Positions 13,328 through 24,453 of a stretch of DNA of 64,000 bases are shown in pieces (within the stretch, counting starts at the first letter, position 1; every line of letters begins with the position of its first letter). The notes below the pieces were generated by a model. The model searched no databases. It saw nothing but the letters and a program-made list of their open reading frames with translations, and was not told the origin of the DNA. The DNA comes from Paraspadella gotoi (lineage: Eukaryota; Animalia; Chaetognatha), in NCBI GenBank assembly GCA_051294375.1, contig CM119264.1:10062175-10126174 (forward strand), in the 5' to 3' direction. The position numbers and the translations under genes are program-made.

Positions 13328-14406
13328 ATCTCTCTCTCTCTCTCTCTCTCTCTTCGTCAGCAGGTCCTGTCTGCGTGTTCCTCCTCGGTCCCCTGGCCCA
13401 CTTTACCATGGATTGGTTCCCCTTCGCCAAGTTGCCCTTCATCAGCGCCAACGTGATCAGCTTAGCCCACGTCGTCGTCTCCCTCGCCAGCGCCAAACTA
13501 TTGATCTCGCCCAAACTCGGTCGACGCCGAGTCGGCGCCGCCTTCTACTTCGTCCGTCAGTACCTCGACGAGTTGGACGGGATGGTGGCGCGGTTCTGGT
13601 TCGCCCGGGGCACGCCCCCTTCCGGTCGTTGGGGGTTTTGGTTCGACGGCCTAAGCGACACAGTTTGCGTCCTCGTTCTCGTCGTCGCTTTCTTCGTGCT
13701 CAACCACCGACCGAACTGCGGCGGCGGCAGCGGCGGCGGCGGCGGCGACGAATGCCGCAGGGACGAACTCGCCTCCCCGAAATGCTGGTGGTGCCGGTGC
13801 TGTCGAATCTGCCGGAGAAGCGGCGTCGGCAGCGTCGGCAACGAGGTAAAGCACAACGGCGTCGCGCTTAAAGACGACAGCGACTCGCGCCTGCTTAGCG
13901 ATCTGGAGAGCGGAGCCGAAGACAACAGCCACAACAACTCCCCTCGATCGTCGTCGCCGTCGTCCTCCTCGACGTCGTCGCCGCCCTCCTCGAAGATTCG
14001 TAACCACGGCAACCACAAACTCGTGCCCGCCATGCTGTTCGACCGGGAGTCGGCCATGATCGCCGGCACCGTGGCCGCCATCTGCCTCTCGGTGTTCATA
14101 TGGAACAACGCCTGCTACCTGTACATGGACTACTTGGACAAGGACCCCGGTTGCCTGGTCAAGCGTCGGGTCCAGCTTCGCCTGCTCAACTCGTGGTTGT
14201 CCTTCGCGGTCTTCCACGGCTGGCAGCTCTGCATGCCGTTGACGCTGATCCTCATGTGCGCGGCGGCGATCGCCCTGGACGAATCATTGCGTTTTTGCGA
14301 ATTCGTCGCCAGACGATACGTCTGGTTCGTGGTGGCGCTCTCTATCGTCACTATCACACACCTCTCCGAGATTAGTGACGTTTTGAACGGTGTTGTCTGT
14401 CGGTGA
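11001..14406 (+). CDS. Cpes: Ceramide phosphoethanolamine synthase-like CDP-alcohol phosphotransferase (~424 aa); exons 11001-11232 and 13364-14406
   Basis: The phase-1 GT-AG join gives an intact ORF. It has the CDP-alcohol phosphotransferase motif LDELDGMVAR...GFWFDGLSD. The upstream segment FISANVISLAHVVVSLASAKLLISPKLGRRRVGAAFYFVRQYLD resembles insect CPES as recalled. Multiple TM segments. Confidence 0.8.
12411..13170 (+). mobile_element. Helentron-associated (HINE-like) element in CPES intron
   Basis: AACAAG start, subterminal GTCGGATCTGC, (GACA/GACG)n tract, terminal hairpin AGTCGGGATCTGCTT-AT-AAGCAGATCCGACT followed by an A-rich end. Confidence 0.65.
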
Positions 14407-15124
14407 CGCTTTTTTTTTGTTACTCGGTCTTACTTTCTCTCTATTATACTGTTTTATTTTTTTATTTTTTCATTCTTTCTAGTTTTCTCTGGTTACCTCG
14501 GCTTTACTTCTTTTCACTTCGTACAACAGGCATTTCTTTTATCTGTCACTCTTTACTTGTACTTTCTTTCTTTCTTTCGTTTTTTTATCGAGCNNNNNNN
14601 NNNTCTTTTTTATGTTTTTCTTTTGCTTTTCTTTCATTACCACAATCTTTGTCTCACCGCTAGCTCATTCGTCTGGATAATATTTTACAAGAGAGAGACG
14701 ATCAAATAACTTCCCTAAATTGCAAAGAACTAGTTTGCTATCTACATCTTACTAGAGCATTTGTTTCCTGAGCGTTAACTTTCTCGTTGCCTTTTAAAAC
14801 TGTCATACTATTAATGTATCCTATTTCAATGTAATGATTGACTTTTACCCAATCTAATTTTGTGACGTATAACTATTAACTAAATAGTTTGTTTCTTTCT
14901 AACTTGATTCCATGGTATTAGAATTTCGAAAATTTTAAGATACCGATTATGCATGACTACCATTTTAAAAACATGGTTTTATCTAAAAAGTGGCGGTCAG
15001 TTTGATGCGATTAAGCTATCCAAGTTATTCTTTGTGAAAATTTGCAAAATAACTTGTTTCACTATTTTTTAATTTTTATATTTTATAATATTAATATTTA
15101 AGGTTTTACTATATTATAATATAT

Positions 15125-15434
15125 TATGAAATTGGTACAACCAATATAAAAATTATCCATTCATTTAATAAATAAGCTATCTTGCCCCTGACTTTGGACA
15201 GGTTTTGGTGGTTTAAGGCCTCCATCACTCTTACAAGATAATGACATAGCAGGTCCATGCAAGCTTTCAATCAAGACTCTCTCACAGTCTCGTTTATTCA
15301 CTCCCAGAGTACCTGGCTTCCCTATCAATGAAGTGGAAAATATTTCAAAGAATGTTTCAATTGTATGAAAAGAACACTCCCTTAAGTATTAGATCGGGGA
15401 ATACTTATTGTACTCCGCACTAGCATCAAAATAC
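15125..15434 (-). mobile_element. Third copy of the ~310 bp LINE-like 3' fragment
   Basis: Reverse complement of 1105-1420 with the same 5' boundary. Confidence 0.6.
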
Positions 15435-18081
15435 ATATTATATATATAAATATATTATTTAATTACATATATGGTTTAATAACATTTTATTTTCGTGAGG
15501 GGGAGGTCAGTGTTGTCTTCTGGTAATGGAAGGTTAGAGTACAATCTGTCCTAGTTTTCTAATAGATATCATGCATAATTCCAGTTAGAAAGTCATTAAT
15601 GATAACTCATAATATCCAAAAGGCTGAACACAAAGGGGTGGGAATGGATAAATTTTGGGGGAAAGGTTAAAAGGTGCACCTTTATATCACGAATATAGAT
15701 ACCTCACCCGAGAGCTAATATCATATATATTTTTTATATATTTTTATGCCGGTCCTGGAGGATGATATCAATATTCACTTTGCCAAAAAACCGTTTTTAA
15801 ATTTCCTACAATGATTTCAAGATATAGTCATAAACGTCAGCCTTGAAAGGCAAAATTTGTCAGAATAAAAATTTTCGAGTTTCTTCTTAGATTTCTGACG
15901 AGCTAGTACAAAACTATTTTTAAAAAAAAAAGAGGAAAACGTTGTCACTGATTTCTTCCATTCATAATCCATAATGAGTAAGACAATTGGGTACACCTGA
16001 TAGTCATAAGTCTCAAGAGGCAGAAATTTTTCTTTAGGTTTTATTTTTTGAAATTTAGGTATTGTACCAATAGGATAAATTGAATACTCCTGCTCCTGCC
16101 GAAATTTTTATTAACAAAGATTTGTACTGCGTAGTTCAATCTTTAGTTCTCTAACGGTAAAAAAGTTAATTTTCTGAATAACTTTTGGAAGGAAAAGAGA
16201 TAAACGTGGGCGAGGGGTATTAAATTAAGCCCTAATCAGGACACCCTTTCTTAAAAAAGTTTTATTAAATTTTATCCATAAATCTACACAGCCTTTATTA
16301 ATCGGAGTTAAAAGACCATTAACAGTTTTTTGCATTAAATTTCATTGAAAGCTATATGAAATTGGTTGTTTTTTCTTTCTTAAATTGAAAAAGGCAAGGA
16401 CTAAATTTACATTTGTTACCATTAAATTTGTCTCTACTGCATTAAAATGCTTGGCATTTTTCGATAAAGTAAAAAACAAGCAAAAATTTATTGTAATACT
16501 TGATAAATGTTTTTTGAATATAAAAAATGATAAATACAAAAAGTGTTTTCAGCTTAATATAAACAGTTTGGACGTTCTACCTTCTTTGTCGTTGAGAAAA
16601 AATCGTCATTTTTCATTACTCAACTGCAAAACAAAAGCTTGACACACTGCTTGTTATCATAATAAAATTTTAAAAAATTACATAGCTGGGGAACATATTT
16701 GACTAAAGCAAGACCATTGTGTTAAATTGTTATTGATAATTTTTTTTAAATTAGAAAAAAAGATTAATTTATTTTTAGCTTTCTTTTATATTTCTTTTTA
16801 AATAAAAATTTCCAGTGAAGGAAAAAAAAATTAAAAATCTACTCATCTTGAATGTCATTGTTTACTGATTAAAAGGTAAAATTTTTTAATTCGCCTTTTG
16901 CCCCCTAGCCCCAAGACATGGAAGTGCCCAAACTTTAAAAACATTTTACTGCATGTGCATACAAGGCGGAACCCGCATTTCTTGAATTTTTGTATTTTCC
17001 TTTCAAACATATTAATAAAAATAATTATTTTCGAGGATGTTTCGACAGGGTTGACAATTGCCATTGTAAAGGCTTCGTTACCTCACTTCCGAATGAATTT
17101 TTTAAACGAGGATTTTTTTTCCGTCTATTCGAGACATAACACTAACTATTGATATTACTAGTTTTCTTAGATCACCACAATCTCACTGCGTAATTCCAGA
17201 GAAGTCATTACGTGTCAACTCAAAATCCAATAGTGGCTAAAAAAGTGAGATGATAAACTTTGAGGAAGTTAAAATCGATTGCAATCTAACGAATATAATC
17301 TTTTAGAATATGTTAAATAATTTAAATAATTTAATAGCTAGTTAAATAATAAGTTAAATAATGTTAATAATAATATTAAGTTAAAGTAGAGCCCAAACTT
17401 CGTCAATTGGGGTGGGTCAAGAAGTTTGGATTTGGTGAACCTTTCCAAATAAAACTTCATACATTTCTGAGAAAACTTTCAATGGGAGGCCAAATTTCTA
17501 AAATGGCAAGAAGCATTAGTAAATTAATTTTTTAATATTTATTTATAGATAGGAAATGTCAAAAAAATTTTTTGGAATTTTTTATTTTTAAAAGCAGATT
17601 CAAATATCTTTATGGAAAGTTATTACACCAAAGTATAATTCTTTTTTCAATATTTTTGATGATAAGTTGGTTGTTAAACGTGACGTAAAAACACCTTAAA
17701 GAAAAATATGCATCGGAGATCAACATCGATAGAAGTTTAGCAGTTTAATCTATTAATACTAATTTTATAGTAATATACGCATACAACACAAAAATTTTAA
17801 AAAAACAGTTCAATTTTTTAAAAGTTATTATTTTTTTGCTTAAATTTTATTAAGCTCTATCAGAAATCAATTAAAAAAACTTAAATTCCAAAAACAAATT
17901 TTTGACATTATATAGCAATATAATAATATTAATTACGAATTAACTTCATGGCTCGGAACAATTTTTGTAAAAAAATATTTTAACACAATAATTATTTGTA
18001 AATCTTTCTTTTCGGTTGGTGAATGATTAGACAAAATAACAATTTTTTAGTTTTTCACAACGAATTTTTTTATTTAAATGT

Positions 18082-18125
18082 AGCAGACATGTTTCTGACG
18101 CGTGTATTTCGTCATCATCAGTGCT
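18082..18125 (-). ncRNA. Minimal type I hammerhead ribozyme
   Basis: Minus strand reads AGCA-CTGATGA-TGACG(loop)CGTCA-GAAA-CATG-TC-TGCT: conserved core, stem I AGCA/TGCT, stem II TGACG/CGTCA, palindromic minimal stem III (ACATGT), GUC cleavage triplet. Confidence 0.7.
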
Positions 18126-18135
18126 GGACAGTCTC

Positions 18136-18179
18136 AGCACCTGATGATGAACGAAATACACGTTCGAAACATGTCTGCT
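18136..18179 (+). ncRNA. Minimal type I hammerhead ribozyme (partner copy)
   Basis: AGCA(C)-CTGATGA-T-GAACG(loop)CGTTC-GAAA-CATG-TC-TGCT; predicted cleavage after 18175. Confidence 0.65.
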
Positions 18180-18915
18180 ACCATTTAAATAAAAATTCGG
18201 TTGTGAAAAAAACTAAAAATTGTTATTTTGTCTAAACCACAATTAATTTAAATACCAATAATGGATTAGTTTAATCAGTTCCCATTAAAATTGAATTTGG
18301 TCGGCTACGCTAGTTAAAAGTTAAAGTTTAAATTTATAAACATTAAATAAAAATTAAAATTAATAAAAAGTTACATAAAGTGAGACAATTCGTAAAAAAA
18401 TTTGAAAAAAAATTAAAATTAATAGGCGTGAAGTGCAAAAACTTTTCATTTAAGTGTTAGTTGGCCTGCCATCATTTATGTTTTTCAATTCTAGAAAATA
18501 AAGCCTGTATGAAAATTAGGTCAAATTTAACTCAGTAGTAAAATTAATTATTTACAATCCCGTTATTCAATTTTTTTTCGGTCATAAAATTAATAATAAT
18601 AGGTTAGAACTTATAAATAGTCACGGTAAGCTAAACTTGGCTAATCTTTTGTTTTTTCAAGTTTTAAGCTTCAAACTTAACTTCTAAACCTAACGGATGA
18701 ATAGGCATTTAAAAACAATTGCTTTTTTCATTCTAAAGTAAATAAAACCCGTATAAAATGGATCATCGTTTTATTAGCCATTTATGAATCCAAAAAATTT
18801 CGATTTGCCGTCTCGCAAAATTCGCGTAAGAGACTAATCAACTTCGGTCAAAATAAGCCCTTGTAATTTCCTTGCAACCAACAATCTTATTTTTTATTGA
18901 CTCGGGACATCATTG

Positions 18916-21777
18916 CTATTGGCTTTTGGCGCCGAGGACGGCGTCGATAACTGCGTCGCTTCCATTGTTGGGCGACGGCGGAACCTGCAGCAGACGACAC
19001 ATTAACGCGTAGTAGTTGACGAGAGAAAAGGGTTCCACTTTGACGTTTGACCCGAAATCCGGACCTGAAGGAAAAGATCCGTCCGCCCAATTCTTATTTA
19101 ATCGTATTTTAATCGTATCTAATTATGCTCGTCTGTATCATTAATTCCATGTGAGCTACCTCCTTCCCTCGTGACTTAATTTTAACGGGGCTCACCTGAA
19201 CCGTAAAAGATTGACCTCATGGAGGGGAGCATATTGTTGTAACCGTGAGTTGCCATTAGCTGGGTTCCATTGTGCAAAGGAAATCCTCTTGTTCCATTGA
19301 TGACCCTTAATATCATTTATATTCCTCGCCGAGGTCAGTTTTTTTTTTCTTCAGAAAAACCGTCTCACTAAAAAATTACCAGCCTTCGTCAGGAAAGACG
19401 ACTATGGGCCCGATCCTCTTGCTCTTCTTGCAATGGCATTTGTCGGGGAGTTCCTCCTTGAAAAAGACTTTGAGGTGAGGGTGGGACCCCGAGAGTTTCT
19501 GGTAGACGGCGCGGATTTGATCGTCGAAATAGGGATAGATGAAGGCGAAGGACGTTTCGCACATCACGGCCGCGTCGCTGAAAGATTAGCGTAAATGAGT
19601 CTCGATGGAGATGAGGCTTTAAAAATTAATGAGAAGCGAACAAAATTGATCGATGGCTAATTTTGAATAACACTTGAAAGAAAACAGCGTTTAAAAACCG
19701 GGAACTGTACAAAAACGGCCCCCTGTGCTGTGGCAGCACGATTTAAAGCTGCTTCACTGCTGCCCGTCCTCAGCCTCGTCTCAATGGCAAGGCTGGCTAA
19801 ATCATCTCGATTCAACCTCGCGTCCCAGGTTTAATCCCAAGTTCAATCCCTGGGTTATCCCGGTTCTGGCTTAAATGTGACGGAGTCGGTTAAAACATGC
19901 CAGTGACAGGAGGCGGTCACTGAGGGTCAGCTACGCTACGCGAGTTGGTAAGATACTCCAGGCCCCGATTATCACAGGCAATCCTCCCGTTGCCATACCC
20001 AAAGATAAATTTATATTTCTTTTAGAATTTTTACTGCCGATTGTGACTAGCTTTTTTTTTAAACTAATCGTCGACGAAGTTTGTCAAAAAAAAAATCTCG
20101 CTCTCGCTTCTCACATAATAATAATTGTCAAAAAAATAGTCAATCGCTGATGAAGACTCGAAACAGAGTCGTTAATCAATTATATCGTTGTTTGTTTAAC
20201 TAAAAAAACTCTCTGCTTTGTAAACAAATTCCAAAACGCAACGAAAAAGAAAGAAATTACAGAACTATAAAAAATTTCACCTTTCTATTTTTATATTTTA
20301 TAAAGGCTTTACTATTTAATCTATATTATATAATTATATATATTGATTTTTAAAAGTTTTTACCTATCATCTATATCTAATAATTCATTTTTTGGAGGAG
20401 GTGTTCTGGAAATTATCGTAATTTAATTAATCCACACTTCAAACCTTTCGTCGATAAATTCCGAGAGAGTGATGGAGCGCGAGGGATCCACGTTGATCAT
20501 CCCGTGATCGCTCATCAAAATAAAGTTGACTTTTCCAGCGAATTCATTCGATTCGAGTCCATCTAAAATTTGCCTTTAAAAAAAAAACGACTAAAAATAT
20601 GAATTAATCAAATTGCTTGATTTGATTTAATTTTTGTAGGAAGGTCGGCTGGTTGGTAGTTTAATTGACTAATTAAATTATAACAATTTCGTTTTACTAA
20701 AACGCCAAGCAATGACCTAAAACTCCGTCCATTATCTCCGCCTGGACTTTGCTTCAAGAGAATCGTTCCATGCTCGTGAAGGACAGTGTCGGGTTGTTCG
20801 AAATATATCGCCACGAAGTCGAATCCTGACAAAAGAAATTGAATTAAAAATACTACAAAGCACCACTTTTTACCCTTCATCGTTCCTCACCTTCTCTGAG
20901 CCATTGAAAGCTCTGGTCACTCTGGTATCGAAAGATATCGATTCGTCGTAGTGCCACCAAATGGTGGGGTGAAATCCCCGGATCTCTATTTCACTTCCTG
21001 AGGGAAAAAAAAGGGCATCGCCAATTTAGTTAAAATAAAATGAAGCCGCTGGAACGGTCCGTGATCATGCCGGACATACCTGGGAAAAATATGACCGCCG
21101 TCCTTTTTCCGTTTTTTTCTGCAGTCACCCAAATGGGTTCGCCACCTTGCCACCATTTCGGGTCTGATTCATTCTCTAGCATTCTTGAAAGCGTAGGTCA
21201 AAAAGGCATACGTGTGATTTTTATGAATTACATTGTAAGTATTCTTGCATTTTAAGCATTATTAACACAATGACCCTTAATAAAGGTTTCTCTTACTCAA
21301 AGGTCTCGTTGAAATCTGGATCGTAAAACTTATTGGCGACAATTCCGTTCTTTTCGGGATACAAACCCGTCATGGCCATAAAAAAACTTGGGTAGGTCAC
21401 AGAAAAGTAAGCCGGAATATTGCCGAGATCTGCGAAAACACTAACTAGTTTTAATTCTATTTTGGATCCATCGTTTTTCATTACTTACCTTGAGTGGTGA
21501 CCGACATTTTTTCGAATCTTTGAAAATTCGGCAAGTTGGCCAGGTTATTTTGTAGGAACTCATATCCGAAACCATCGAAAGCGACCAGTAACAGTTGAGG
21601 GGTGTCTAAATCAAGTGTGCACACAGCCCAGTAATGTAATTTTCATAATCTACGTATTTTAATTGGGCTCATACCAGAATTGTTCACGGGCGCGCTATCC
21701 ATGCTTAGAACGAACAAAAACAAAAAGAAATATACGATATTTGTAGGTCCTACGCGACATCTAGGGTCTTTTCTCAT
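18916..21777 (-). CDS. Ectonucleotide pyrophosphatase/phosphodiesterase (ENPP4-7-like), paralogue A, predicted secreted; 10 exons, apparent frameshifts in exons 5-7
   Basis: Signal-like exon 21777-21675, then exons encoding LLVAFDGF (21605-21489), FSVTYPSF..TGLYPEKNGIVAN (21429-21297), KWWQGGEPIWVTA (21183-21080), YFEQPDTVLH, MSDHGM, HLKVFFKEELP (19577-19380), ATHGYNN..SMRSIF (19305-19196) and GPDF..MCRLL..PNNGS (19064-18916). The phase mismatch near 20920 needs a missing base. Confidence 0.85.
19724..20001 (+). mobile_element. Diverged tRNA-box interspersed element in ENPP-A intron
   Basis: B-box-like GTTCAATCCC, CAGTGAC...GTCACTG hairpin and GTTGCCATA end shared with 8221-8469. Confidence 0.5.
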
Positions 21778-22642
21778 TCCAAAAACTGTAGAAGGAAATA
21801 AACCAGTTTTTAAAGTTTGTTTGTCGTGTTTCTTTGACGTAACTTTATTTGCAAAATTAAAAACACGTCACTCAAGTTTCTTTCTCTCTATTGTTAATTT
21901 TTTTCTTTAGTTTTTTTCATTTATTTCTTTCTTTGATTTCTTTACCAAGCAATTTTTTTTCTTTCGAAATTCTTTTTACTTTTTTTTTCGTATTCGTATT
22001 TTTGCATAAGATATGGAAGTCAATAGATAACGTTAAAGTTGAAAAAAAGTTGGTAAAATCCTAACTTAGGCTTGAAACTTTTAGCTGTCTCCGCATTAAT
22101 GCGAGCCGGACTTCAAACAGCTCAAACTCTTACGGGGGGCGAGGACAAAAAGAGACGATATACAGATACTTGCGATTTTATCGCTTGCCTCAGCTTAAGA
22201 GGCACTGCACTGGTATGTTTGAACTTTAAAAATGTTAAAACTAAATTTGTTTCATTGATTCCTGATTAAAGATTCCTTTTGAGAGAGATATTGATATTGA
22301 TATTTGTAAGTATTAACAGTTTTCGTTAGTTTTCATAAATGGTACTGAACAACTGAACAATTCTAATTTTCTAGTGGACAATAGGCATGGGCTCTTTCTA
22401 ACTCAAAATTTAAGCAGACATTTTTGTTGGAAACCCGATCCCACCCCAATAAGCGTTCTATTGGTGATATATTAGTATAAACAGTATTGATCGCAATGTT
22501 ATTCATAATACTATCAAATAATGAGTTAGTTTTTATACTGATATATTTTGTACATATTCGGTAAGTGGGATTATGCTGGCAGCATCCAAGGCAATATTTT
22601 GATCTATTATTCTATATGAATAGGAAAATTATGAAAGACTTT

Positions 22643-22732
<90 letters not shown>

Positions 22733-22738
22733 ATTTTT

Positions 22739-23050
22739 ATGAAATTGGTAGAACCAATATAAAAATTTATCCAAAATTATGTCATTCATGATGCTTGAAC
22801 AGAGCAAGTGCTAAGCCCTGGGCCTCGACAAAGGTGGCTTTTTCCCAGTTTTTCACAAAGCATTCCTTGCGTCCTCAATAAGTTCCTGACCTGCTACAAA
22901 CGAATTCACAGTGACTCCATAACCATTTCCGGATCTCAAAGGGCGCCTTAAATTTTGAACGGTGAAAAGTTTCGCCAGAATACGGGCGATTTTTTTCTCT
23001 GCAGCTCATTTGTGTTCCAATAGTCGGTCTCCTTGAAGCGATAGCATTAA
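22739..23050 (-). mobile_element. Degenerate CR1-like LINE 3' end
   Basis: Frameshifted minus-strand peptides RNF(F)TVQ and PEMVMES-TVNSF resemble the CR1-clade ORF2 C-terminus. Ends in the same stem-loop/TTCAT tail as the 790-1420 repeat. Confidence 0.5.
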
Positions 23051-23213
23051 ATCAATCTTGGTAATATAAATTTTTAGAATAAAATATTTGGACTATAGTT
23101 AATAGTTATAGTTTGGAAGTAGTTTGCCCAGAGAGTTCGGAACTTGAAAAAATAAACGAGCGACCTTTCAGAAGTTCATCAAAACAGTGAAGCCGGCCTC
23201 AGATCGAGCGACC

Positions 23214-24421
23214 TCAAGCGGTCGACGCTATCGACGCAATCAAGAAAACAAAAATCCAGACGCCAGCGACGCCCCTCTCCGGAGCCGAATTTCCCGTCGC
23301 AAGAAGAGCTTCTACGACTGCGTCGCTTCCGTTGTTGGGCGCCGCTGGAATCCGCAGCAGACGACACATCAACGCGTAGTAGTTGATGACGGAAAAAGGT
23401 TCCACTTTGACGTCGGAACCAAAATCCGGACCTAAAATGATTATATATATGAAATGAAATTGGTACAACCAATATATATGTTTGATATGTTAGATCTATG
23501 GACTTAATAAAGTTTACAACGTTGCTAATAGAGAATGATACAATTGAAACCGTTAATAAAACATTATAACCACTTCACTAATTGGAAAGCAATGAGGTTA
23601 CTAACTAGAGAAGCTTTTAGGGTTCTTCTATTTTCTGAATATTTTTTTGTAAGTGGCCTGTCCAAAGGTTATTGAATGAATGGATAGTTGATATTAGAAT
23701 AGTTAACAGTTAATATTAGATATTAGAACTAAGAAATACAACGTTGATACAAGAGAATGATATTTAATGAGACTAAACTAAAGCTTTTCTGTTCACACTT
23801 TTACTAATTCTCTGAAAATCATGCATACCCGTGGCAAAGAATATCGATCTCATTGATGGGAGGGTATTGTCGTATCCATGAGTGGCAGTGGTCAGTCCTT
23901 TTGAGTGAGTAGAAAATCCGTTGCTTCCATTGATGGTCCTTCGTCGGTAAATTTTAAAAAAATTGTAAGCCCCAGTCAAAACTAAAACTATATAAGAAAA
24001 AAGCGTGACGCCGACGCAGACAACGACAACGACGACGACGACGACGTCACAAAGTAGCTGAGCCGATCTTAAATCTAGCCAAGACGGGGTTAAGCCCTTC
24101 TGGCCATATAATTACGTTATTTAACAGACAAATTTCATTTGAGTCATTGTAGACTTTACCAGGCTTCGTGGGCAAAGGCGACGATAGGGGAAATTCTTTT
24201 GTTATTCTTGCAGTGACATTCTTCGGGAAGATCCGCCTTAAGATAAACTTTAAGCCGCGGATGAGAATTTCGAAGTTTTTCGTAGATAATTTCCGTTTTG
24301 TTTGGGTCGACGGGACGAATAAACGCGAAGGCCGAGCTTATCACGACGTCGATGTCCCTATGAAAGGCAGAGGCGACAGCGTCAACATTAACAACATGAT
24401 AATCGATCGTTTTGATCATTT

Positions 24422-24453
<32 letters not shown>

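Larger units (their letters stand above)
18027..18235. repeat. ~210 bp palindrome (arms ~100 bp), Penelope-like inverted terminal fragment
   Basis: TTAGACAAAATAACAATTTTTTAG... pairs with ...CTAAAAATTGTTATTTTGTCTAA around a short loop near 18130. Confidence 0.85.

Noticed and set aside
13413-14375. Several overlapping alternative-frame and antisense ORFs
   Set aside because: Shadows of the GC-rich CPES coding exon.
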